A stretch of DNA of 63,687 nt, the filler included, from Choristocarpus tenellus KU-1152 (lineage: Eukaryota; Protista; Phaeophyceae), in NCBI GenBank assembly GCA_964200185.2. It is 12 parts of 12 records of this genome, joined end to end, with 100 filler letters (N's around TTAATTAATTAA, not from the genome) between each part and the next. Parts side by side here need not be neighbours in the genome. Positions count along the whole stretch, not along the records: positions 48,615 to 60,761 come from CAXNAD020001955.1; positions 60,862 to 63,687 come from CAXNAD020024418.1; 10 more parts are not named here. One strand, given 5' to 3'. Below the pieces are notes generated by a model, which worked only from the letters and a program-made list of their open reading frames with translations, searched no databases and was not told the DNA's origin. A program made the translations under genes and the position numbers. This document shows, piece by piece, positions 53,251 to 63,687 of this stretch (position 1 is its first letter; each line of letters opens with the position of its first letter).

Positions 53251-54988
53251 ATGTCGTTCCTCCTCAACTTGCCGTCTCGAAAAAAGGACAGCTTCGCCTT
53301 CATGACCGTGTTTGAGTCATCCCCACACCAGGTGCAATTCTTTTTGAAGCAGAGCTACTTACAACGAGGTTGTAATATGGAATCGGCCGACAGTAGTCAA
53401 GGCTCATACAGGGCTGGACGTAGTTGTATTTCAAACTGTTGCTATCGCGTTCACAACTTCGTTTTTCACCTTACGCTGTCCCTACTACCAGGCTCACTTG
53501 CCTACTGGGTACTTCGCGTTAAATGACACGAGCCCGCCTAAAGGTCAATGTGAGTCATATTGCCAACAGCAGAGACTAGCCATTTTCCTTGTCTAGATTT
53601 ACGTAGGAGATCTCTATATTGAAAGGTGAGGTGATAACGAAAATTTTCTTGGGCGGGATCAAACCCCTCTGTCAGAGTGATGGCCTCATTTGCGCAAGAG
53701 GTCAGGCGATGCCATCATTGCTGGTTGCAGGTTGCTTGGCATCGAAAAAACCATTTGAGACTCCCTGCAATGTGTTTATTCCTATTGTAAGTTGATCTAC
53801 TCGTATTGGTGAAGAGGAAAGGTTCTTGAAGATGCCAAAGCTGTGCGATACTGTTGTTGTCTGTGGTGAGCGCTCTTTTATTCGGGTGGGGTATCCAACC
53901 TCGTCTCTGTGGAAAAAAATTGGAGGGATTGCTCGTTCTTGTTTCCAGTGCTATGCAAGCCCCACTAAACTTCTTTACATCCCAAACACCAACCCTGCGC
54001 AACGTCTAAGCGATCGGAATTTGTGAGAGCAGAACTCCTCTGGGCATGGACGTCGCTCAACCGCAGAACAGGACGTCAGAAAAGGTAACAAAGGAACTGT
54101 TGGGCTCAGACATCTTGATCGAAACATAAAAACGAATTTATTTCTAAAGCACGAATAGTTGGATGGGTTGCTTGCTGGCATCGTTATTTTCACGCTTGTA
54201 TCTCTGGAATATTTGTTGCCTGACCTTTCGTTTAAGGGTAGATTATGCTCCACTCAGTTTTCTGTATCTCGGTGCGTTCCTTACTGTTCAAGCGTTTGAT
54301 TTAGTCATCTCGCCACCCGTTGACTCCAACTCCTCTATCGGATCTGATGGGTGCTTTTCTAGCCACATTGCGCTTGTGAAGGTTCTCCTGTGTGGGGTGC
54401 CACAGGATGTCTTTACCAAGGTAAAGTTAGCGATTCTTACTATGTGGAGCAACAGCCAGATGGTTGCAATTGAAGCAACATTTTCCCTTAGCAAGGAAAT
54501 TTCTCGTCGACTGGAGTTCAAACCCTGCGCACTTTAGTGGTATTACCCACAAGGCCACAACAGGACACTTCCTGGCTCCCACGGTGCTTGATAGAGTAGG
54601 AATATTACAATAGAATTATTATTTCCTTCCCAAACGTGGTTTTGTTGTCACTGATAGGGATAATAATAAATTTCAACTTCACAACAATGTAAAATACTCC
54701 CTTAAACCCTAACCCTTTGCACAGCGAGGGCAAAAAAGACAGGCAGCTGCGAGTGCCATGGAGGCATTGGGAGACTTAACTGCAGTTGGTGGGGTGGCCC
54801 TTGGAAACTCTCTGGGATGCCCACAACCAATGCAGGTACAATTGGCTGGGGGTGACATGAAAAGTACACCCACCAGATGTAACAATTCCTCATCATTTGG
54901 AGAGAGGGAGTCATTGGGGACTGAACTTGAGATTGAACGAGTGGAGGCCAATGGAAGAAGGGCTAAGGCCCCTCGTGTGGCACTGTGA
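53251..54988 (+). CDS. Putative DDA1-like protein (exons 53251-53331 and 53492-53549; tentative ~54011-54084 and 54725-54988)
   Basis: MSFLLNLPSRKKDSF../AHLPTGYFALNDTSPPKGQ resembles the DDA1 N-terminus (FLxxLPS...NF...PxxY...DxxPP..Q). The downstream DDA1 motif is not evident. Confidence 0.45.
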
Positions 54989-55658
54989 GGATGAATTTCT
55001 AGAGGATGCTTGATTTGTGCTTTCCAAACATTTTTGAGCGTACTGGATTGTACAATCCATAAGTAGGTATGCCACTTGTATGATTTTTATGCGTTCTGTG
55101 TTGTGTCTTGTGATAAGTGTATGTTGATTGGGAATAAACCATGCTGATAATTAACAGGCGAAGTTGTGTAGATAATGTAAAACTTCCAATATTGACCCTT
55201 TCTGTCATCATCTTCATATAACTCCCATCCTTGTGAGGGGCGCTCTTAGAGAGTGCATCACAACAAAGCACACGTTTCCTCCACTTTTTAAATATATACA
55301 GCCTAGAATTTCTGTAAGGATATTTCCCATCCGGAGAGGCAATTTGAAATCATCCTCGTGTTCATCATGGAAATAACCCCAAAAACTCAGTATAAAAGAA
55401 GAAAAGAGTGGACATAAGATCATAGTATGTGAGTTTCCCAAATACAACATTGAAGCATCAACCTATCAAGGAACACTGTATGATTGACATTAAATAAAGT
55501 CACTAACTCTAGCTACTGTTCTCTATGGGTTACTGAGATTTTCTGTATCAATCGCAGTCAATAGCACTACGTTTTTGCCTTTGCAATACATCTAACACAA
55601 GCAAACAGTAAACCTTACAACTAAAACACCAGCCATCACATTGGGCCCTTGTGTGGGA

Positions 55659-58263
55659 TCATAAACGTGAAATAGGTGCTTCGTGCATCTCTTTTTTGGG
55701 ACGCATGACACGAATCAAGGGATTGAGCTTCATGGCCAGCATCATATTCCCCTTTACTTTCATACGCCCTGTCATGAAGGCTTCCTGCGGCCTTAATCGC
55801 CCCAAGCATGTCAGAAGGAAGTCTTCTTCAGATATCTCCACTGTTGCATCTACCTGTACCTCCACCAAATAGACAAAGTGTGGGGAAATGAAACACCAAC
55901 TGAGTTAGTGTCAAATGAAGCACAATTAGACTCAGATATCCTAATTTGCAAGCAACAACCAAGCACCACTACTACTGTCTAACAAATTAGTCCTTACTGT
56001 AGTGGGATGAATATCATTGTTTAACGCTTCCAAGGCACCATCCTCACTAAGAAATACGATTTTCTTTCTTTGAAACTATAGACCTTGACCATAATGCTAA
56101 GCACATACTGTTTCTCATTTCCCATCTTTGTTTAACAGATTCGGCACAGATATACCATCCATGCAGTGTCATATGAAATCAATTCAATCTGCAATTAATT
56201 CAAAAGTGTACCTTGTTGAATATATAAAATGCTCCCGCACAGTGTCCAATGATAATACATGCAAACAAAACTCCTCAGAATTATCTCACAATTTTTTCCC
56301 ACTTTTATCTCATTGACTGTAGGTCAATGTGGCACACACTGGCAGGGAGAAACAGAGTTGATACCTCCTTGCACAACACACAACACAAACTCTACCCACA
56401 TGTCCTATTGTAGTGTTGGGAAGTGGATTTTGGTTCAAGTGAAGTTCAACTTACAGTCTTCCTTTTCTGCACTCTTTGCTGATCACCAGAGGCATGATAT
56501 CCTGTAATTAGACAGGTTATTGATCATTCATGTCTTGCCTCTAAGGAAGGCTTAAGAAAATGTGACTGAAGAGTTGACTGCAAAGAGCAAAGGTTATTCA
56601 TCATGATCTTTTTACCCCTTTTCTATTGTTGTACTACTTGTTATGTGGTCATAGCACACTTGAGATGGAAATGGAAATGTGCATATATGCAAGACATGCC
56701 TCAGTTCTGTCTTACAAAGTAGAGCCAGAAAAAATTCTACGATAGCTTGAACAGTTGATTCAAATCAGGACAATACCCGAGTAGACACCTTTCTGCACTG
56801 GACAGAGTATTTTGCACGTTCATTATTATTATTATCTTACATTCTTTCCCCCAAAATGAATTCATATGAGGTTGATAACCTCTTAGGTTGGAAAACAAAG
56901 GATACCATTGGAATTTGATAGTGCAATGACTTTGACAATACATTTTATGAACAAAATGTTCTTCAAAGTAGTAAATTGTAGACCTAGGGGTAACAAATTT
57001 TATCATTCAGAGAGAGAGAGAGCATAATTGGGACTTCATTATCCAACCCCATTTCTCTATAAATAAGTCATTGTCCTATTCACACCATGTTGGCACTTAA
57101 TTGTGGCAACTGATAACGAAGTACAGACATTTTATCAAATCTGAAACTTCTAAATGTTGGAGGAGATGGGTCGTAAGGGGGCACTAGGTTTTGAATCAAT
57201 TGACTCAAAAAAATGAAAATGACACATGACAATACATTTATTCAAAGAAAACATGTACACCAGAATCGATAGTATTAGAGGAATATGACAGTATGATAGC
57301 TAGACAGGAGGGGACGCACTGCAAGGGCATAATGCTTGTGTCTAAAAACCACTACACCTCAAGTGGTGTGCACTTGCCAGCACTGCATACTCCTCCCAAA
57401 AAAAAGCACAGACTAATGCCTAATTAATATCCCAGGTCATACATGTGATGCAACAGTACCAGGAAAATGACTGTGTAGCTGATGGGTCGTACAGTTGTAT
57501 TTCATGCTTAAAGGTATTGATAACTATTGTGATGATGAGTAAGAACTGGCCTTGGAGTCGTGGTCATCCTTTGTGACACTTCCTTCACCCTGGCGAAGGT
57601 CCACCACCCAGCAGCCTCCCTCACCCACAACAAAGCGGAATGATGCCCCAACCTTCAAAGAATGAAAGTGTGGAAAGCATTGTCATGGAGGTGGGTGGAT
57701 TGATGAGGAGAAAGCTGGTTGAACCTTATGTTCCTCTTTCCATCATGAAATCCCATTGCCCGTGAAATGTAATTTGTTGTCCCCTACCTCATAGTAGTAG
57801 GGCAGAGTAAGGAATTTTGAACTATAGAGTAATGACCACATGTATCGACAAGAGTAGTAACTGAGAAGGATAAGACAATTTGAAGCCTCCATGTTTGATG
57901 CAAACACCAATCAAGAGTGTACCTAGACCTCACCCCTGAGGACCAAATCATCCATCTGCTCTTTTATCATAAAAATATCATCATGACACACCATTTCATG
58001 CCGCTTTCAATTTATCAAGCGATACAGAGCTCCTTCACTTGATACTGAAGGTTATGGCATCGCCGCTCCCTGCGATATGCAGCCATATCCACATCCTATC
58101 ACTCCCACCCAGTCTATAGGTTGGATTTCTTGCTCATCCTACTGCTCTGCACAATCGAGGGGGAAATCTCCGTGTACTTCATCACCTTCTTGACCATTTT
58201 GGACCCGTTCTCAGCAATCTGCTTTGACATAACCTTGAAAAGGTCGTCCGTTGTGGGCTCCAT
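55659..58263 (-). CDS. SCP2 (sterol carrier protein-2) domain protein, 124 aa, peroxisomal (exons 58186-58263, 57551-57652, 55659-55853)
   Basis: MEPTTDDLFKVMSKQIAENGSKMVKK/VGASFRFVVGEGGCWVVDLRQGEGSV../VDATVEISEEDF..LRPQEAFMTGRMKVKGNMMLAMKL..SRL*. SCP2 signature plus PTS1; intron 2 needs a GC donor. Confidence 0.9.
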
Positions 58264-59782
58264 GGCATGAACACACAACACGCTTGCTAGAGAACAACTT
58301 GCACTCAGACACTTGCATGCAGACCATCAAAAGAATTCAACCCCAACGCAAAGATGAGATTCCATTTGTCAGTATACATGGAGTGGGAGAAATGAAAGAA
58401 TGGTAGCAAGCATGGTGAGCAAGCATGCGTGAATGGTGGGCTCAGCCAAAAAGAAGAGAAATACACAAGACTGGACGCCAGCGACGCTCAAAAAAGTTGG
58501 AGAAAAACTGGGCTCGGTCTCGCCTTACTTTTATCATGCTTCTCCCCACCCCTCACACCCTCCGCAACCTCTTATCCGCTAGTATATGGTGAGCTTACGG
58601 ATTCTTTGTATCGCAGCCACTGACCAAAATAGCATTAGATATCGCGCAAGGATCATGCCAGCGCAGCCACAACTCTAGCTCGCCAGAAGGATGATACACC
58701 CTTTTCATGGACCTACGCTTTTGTTTGAAATTCGCTGATCGAAATAGAGCATGGAGCTCCTCGAGCAGACAGGATTTGGGGGTGTGGGAAGGGGCACTCA
58801 GGGAGAGGCGCTCTAACCTTTTACTAATCGTCATCGCCCGTTTCATCTCCAGGATTACATAGCTAGATATCCTAGAACTAAGACCCAAGAATTCTTCTCA
58901 CCTGTTCTTCCTCTACACAGCACGTTAGAAATGATGGTGGATGGGAAATTGAATTGGAGGTGAGAATTTAGGGGGGGGGAGGTTCAGCGCGAAACATTGC
59001 GCGCGGATACTTCATTAATTGACCATTTTAGATCACAGAATAGTATGTATGAATCGTGTGATTCTGTGGTGGCGCGGTTCACTCAGGTATGGGGTGGCGA
59101 AGATAATCATCAAGCAAAACGGACCAGACGGACCAGACGGACCAAGACGAACCGTAACCGAGAGGACGAGGTTAAGGTTGGACAATACCAAGACTGCAAG
59201 GACCAGCAGAAAAACTGTGGAGTGATGAGAATATGACGAGAGAAGAATCATCACACAAAACTCCCCTAGTAATGCACATCTCTGGTTGCAGGGGTGTGAA
59301 ACTTGCGGGATTGGTTTCTTCCACAAAATTTCCCACCTCGATTATTTGGAAGATTTTCCACTGGAATTAGAAAATCCTGATAAGGAATTTCCAGGTTATG
59401 GCCCACGTGAACACCTTGGTGTAGACCCCCCCCCCCCCCCCCCCCCCACCATTTGAGNNNNNNNNNNGGTTTGGGCCCCCTTAACCCCCTGGGTGTCGCC
59501 CCCCCCCCCCCCCCCTCGAGAAACTTTGGGTTCTCTTGCCGCTATCCCTACCTTCCTTGAATAGGGTGAGCGGGCCTCAAAGGATAGTCAACAAAGGTTT
59601 CGATCTCCTATCTCATGCTCCTGTGGCTAGGCTGAATGAGCTATAGAGAACTGATGAAAAATACCTCTACCTGATGGTGAGGGAGTAACACATTTTACTA
59701 GGCTCAACGGATATCACGGAAAGAATGTTTCAATTTCACGTCCACAAAATTTGAAGAAGCGAATTTGTCTTGCGCTCAATAA

Positions 59783-60697
59783 GCGCCAGCGAGCATTGCC
59801 AACACATTGGCAGACTGGTACTCAGAAAAAGAACGTCTACCGAAGTGGGAGAACAACAACCAGTATGTTCCTTCTCTGCCAGGAGGCACATAACAGGATC
59901 CTGAAATGCTTCTGTGTTCCAGGCGGTGCAGTGGGGTTCCTCCACTATTTGATTCTGTACGTCAGTGGTCGATGGCCACCCTACATATGGTTATCCACTG
60001 TTTCTCTGTGCACGTACGTTGTTGGTGACAAGAGTGTAACAAGAATGACAGACGAAACAGGTACCAAGTGGACATATCGTGGCCAGGGAGGAAGTCATTG
60101 AGCGCAATTATAGCGATGCTAGTTGGGAAAATTCAAGGAGTGGAAAAGGCCAGAATTCAGTGGGAAAAGCCCGGAAAAATACATTGGAAAAGGTGGAGGT
60201 GTAGCTGGTTGTGTGTGCTCTTGTTCCCGTCGGAGTCCCGACTTTGTCCTTTTGTTTGTTGTGGGTTCTGATCTTGGCCCTTTGTTTCGTTTTTCGTACA
60301 CTCATACATTACGCACTCTTAGACATACTTCCAAATATTGCCAATGTGCGATGCTTCTTCGTAGTCACCACCAACAGGCCCCTTTGTCACAGGCGATGTG
60401 CCTAAATGAGGGATTCCTAAACGCCATTGTGACCCTGAAGTCCTAGATATTGTTGATTGTACTTCTTTACTATATTTTTATTATTTTAGTCGTGGTGCTG
60501 TTCATTTCCAGTACCCATCATCGCAATCCTTTTTATATACCCCAGTCAAAGCAATAAAGTGAATAATCGAGGAGAGAGATACAGTATCTTTGATGATATT
60601 TATACCAGGGTGTCCACTACAAACCTCGTCTTCACCTACAGGCTTGTGGACTGGACCAATATATCTCATCACAGCAAGGTTGCGGAATGTTTTGTAA
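59783..60697 (+). CDS. Candidate internal exons of an unknown gene
   Basis: Short phase-compatible segments (PASIANTLADWYSEKERLPKWENNN/QRCSGVPPLFDS/ACGLDQYISSQQ) with AG/GT sites; no recognisable domain. Confidence 0.3.
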
Positions 60698-60861
60698 CTT
60701 GGAGATCCTACCTTACCTCTTCAAAACGGAGAGAATACTCGGCTTAGCACATGGAGTTGTTNNNNNNNNNNNNNNNNNNNNNNNNNNNNNNNNNNNNNNN
60801 NNNNNTTAATTAATTAANNNNNNNNNNNNNNNNNNNNNNNNNNNNNNNNNNNNNNNNNNNN

Positions 60862-63120
60862 ACCCCCCCCCCGCTATCAGACCACACACACATGACCTGA
60901 GAGGGAGTACCATCAGCCCGGATATCGGCCAGGTACTACTTGAAGACTTCGGCGGCATCCGACTTAGCACGAAGGAAATACAACCAAACAAAACGAGAAT
61001 GGTCATCCCGGATTATCATGGTGTATTGTTTACCATCGATTGAAAGGGTAGCCCTCTTCCCACTTAGATCGACAAAAACCCGATCCAGCTTTCTTACCGC
61101 CCTTGAACATGTGCTGGACCGGACGCCCTTCCGTATGTCCTTCCTCATAGAGCAGCCCGCACATGGTTCCAGCTCACCCACCAATGTAATACCCATTGAA
61201 GCGGCAGTGGACTTGAGCAATGCCTCGTGTGCGTGGCCACAAGAGCGATGGAAGAGGTTAATGTTGACGTCAGTGCGGGGAGCGTGGGGTGCAAGCGAGG
61301 GGACCATAGTGGCCTTTAAAGCAACTTCAGCATTTCGACCTGGTCGCAATATGCGTTGACCATGGAAGCTGTAATGACAACCAGGATCTCTTGTGAAGAT
61401 AAGTATTCCATCTAACAACGAGAATGTACTGGCTGTGCAATGCCTTTCGCACCCTTATCTGCTGCTGCTTGGCAAGAAAATGTTTTTGGAGGAGTATTTC
61501 TACCTCCTTGTTGTCACGTGACGGAAACAAGATGGTTAGGTCACTATGACCAGCGATGCAAAAGAAATTTTGGCTAGCAGCAACTATCTTTGATTTCCTA
61601 CACAAGGCATGTAGTTTGTCATGGATTTTGCCATATTCGTCATGTGACATGAAGCCGCACTGTCCAAAATCTATTCTTCTTCCTCACGGCCAACCCCAAC
61701 ACTTGACACCAGACATTCGTTTTGCCCACACTTGCCTGGAGCATTGCTGCTCGGAGAGTCCTTGGTGGCGGCCAGTAGTGCGTATCGCTCGTTGTCGCCA
61801 CAGCTGGTGATACTTTCCACAGTAACGTGGGAAGGATTCGCCTCGGTCTCGATCTCTTCTTTCCCAGACTCCACCGTAGTCATGAATATCGAAGCGCATG
61901 CTGCAGCATCATGGGCACGTCCACCACACTTGGTGCAAATGCGGTTTGGGCAAGCTGTCTTCTCATGTCCATGCTTTCCACATCTCTCACAAGGAATCTC
62001 CTCGGGACGTTTTGGGTTGGAATTAGAACCATTTTCTTTCTTCCACCATTAAATTTACGTTCGGCACTGCGACCTTGGCTGTTACAATGAGACTGATTCT
62101 TCCTCTGTGATGAGCTGTTAACAACCAAAACATGGCTGTTCTTGTGTCTTGAGTTCTTCCCTTGATGAAGGGAAGCATATCGCTCTCTAGCAGTTTCCTC
62201 TACGTCTGCCCAACATAGTGTCCTCTGCGAGACCATCATGCATATCTCGGTATCGTAATCTGACCCGAGAGCACTCAGGAACTGTAGGAGCCGCAGCTTG
62301 GCCGAGATGACCAGATCCATTGATAGCATCCTCCCCCGTAGCTCTTCCAAGTGGTCTAAGGTCAGGATCGGATTCGCTCCCTTCTCCACCTTTGAAGTGA
62401 AAAACTCACGAAACAAATGTTGGCTATTATCCACTATGATAGGCATGAACCAATCATCTACTGCTCAAAAAGCTCGCTCGGGCTTTGGTGTGTATAGCAC
62501 AGTGCCCTGGTGGTGGGTGCGACGAGAGCAACAGTAAGTGCATGGTAGGCCTCTTCGGCTATCCAGATATCATTCGCACTGAAGCCGTCCGAGAGAAGTT
62601 CCTTGCAGGAGCGTTCTTGATTGACTGGTCTTTCACTTGTCAACGCATCCAAGCAGTGGGTATATCTGCAATGCACAATGAAACGCCTCCGCCAGTCCCG
62701 CTAGTCCGAGTCGTCCAATAATTTCGATGGTTGGGTCCTTGATCTCTTTGTCGTAGGGCGAACAATATGTGCACCTGACCCCAAGCTCTCCGAAGAACCG
62801 GACCACTGGCTCACCCCACTTCTGACACTCACAGCATCCAAACTGTTTCCCCTCTCTGGGAAATTTTCCCTCAACATGGGTTCCATAAGACCCACTTCGA
62901 CTGGTACGTTCCCAGCCAGAGGCCGTGTGCTGGGCACAGCGGCCTGGACGACAAGATGTTTCCGCCACCGACTCTTTCAGACTGAAACATCAGATTACCA
63001 ACGTTTCTTGAAAAATCCGCTACCGTCGCCATCAACTGCCTGAATTCTTAAACTAATGGACCCTCGGCATGAACAGGTTCCCGCAATTCTTGAATCACAT
63101 CTTCTCGTGTAAACATGATG
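60862..63120 (-). mobile_element. Ty1/Copia LTR retrotransposon gag-pol, degenerate and truncated by linker
   Basis: Gag with two CCHC knuckles (CERCGKHGHEKTAC, CTKCGGRAHDAAAC), protease *ILDSAASCHMT, GAG-pre-integrase HRSCGH..CAGC and rve integrase RVFVDLSG..IRDDHSRFVWLYFL, in PR-IN order. Stops and frameshifts present. Confidence 0.93.
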
Positions 63121-63156
63121 AAATGATGGGTTAGAAACCTAAGGTTCAATATATTG

Positions 63157-63422
63157 TGTTAAAGTATCTCCCAAATCATCAAAGAGGATATAGGTGATAA
63201 ACCCAGCGAGATTGCTTGATATCTGTAGAGTGATTGATTAAAGTTAAGTGGGGCATGCAGCACCCCATAAAATCATAACTATTTCCTTTTAAATGAAAAA
63301 CCTTTCTCATACAACTAGTCACTAGTAAAAAGTTCTGATAACTCAACACTAATTGATTGTTCTTTTACTCCATACATATTTTACCGAACTGTCCGATAGA
63401 GTTGGAAGAGTCTAATCGAACA
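63157..63422 (-). repeat. Putative 5' LTR of the Copia element
   Basis: On the minus strand it reads TGTT...AACA (~266 bp) just upstream of gag. The second LTR is not in the window and no clear PBS is visible. Confidence 0.35.
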
Positions 63423-63687
63423 ACTGTTGGTGCTGTAGCCAACTAGATGTCCTTCCCAACCTGTGAGTACAGTAGGTTACCCTATTTTGGGTCAAATTTT
63501 ATGAACTAAATTTCAAATATTCAATTTTGTATCGCTTTTTTTCGACATACCCCAAAAAATATACTTTTGTACCGGAATTCTCGTATTCGTGCGATTTGGC
63601 ACAAAATCCCAGATATATTCACGCGAGAGTGGCGCGCGTGAAAAAAATTATCGCGAAAAGTGCCCTTCTTCCTGAGTCATGCTACCA

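Noticed and set aside
60940-61359. Plus-strand 139-aa ORF
   Set aside because: Antisense shadow of the Copia integrase.

Overview
Eukaryotic nuclear DNA that is intron-rich and rich in transposable elements (TEs). It is probably from a stramenopile, perhaps a brown alga or close relative; this is inferred from gene and Copia style, not proven. The window is not one continuous contig: 11 artificial 100-nt linkers (N44-TTAATTAATTAA-N44) and three 10-N gaps join short contigs, so adjacency across them is uncertain. Host genes rebuilt by hand from phase-compatible exons: a partial PIF1-family helicase (+), the last exon of a HECT E3 ligase (+), a bacterial-type (YuiH/sulfite-oxidase-like) molybdopterin oxidoreductase (-), a complete SCP2 lipid-transfer protein ending in PTS1 -SRL (-), a DDA1-like gene (+, tentative) and several multi-exon genes of unknown function. 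TEs: a decayed Ty1/Copia, a CRE/RLE-type LINE plus several copies of its 3' hairpin-(TAA)n tail, an IS630/Tc1/mariner remnant, Sola-type transposase remnants, and three related MITE families with GRG/CYC-like ends, some with 4-bp target-site duplications (TSDs). The most unusual object is an unidentified intron-containing gene present as two diverged copies (~13.5-15.9 kb + and ~21.5-24.6 kb -). Each copy lies beside transposase remnants, and their homologous 226-nt exons carry an in-frame TAG at exactly the same codon. No CRISPR array, rRNA or tRNA was recognised. All calls were made by eye, without database searches.
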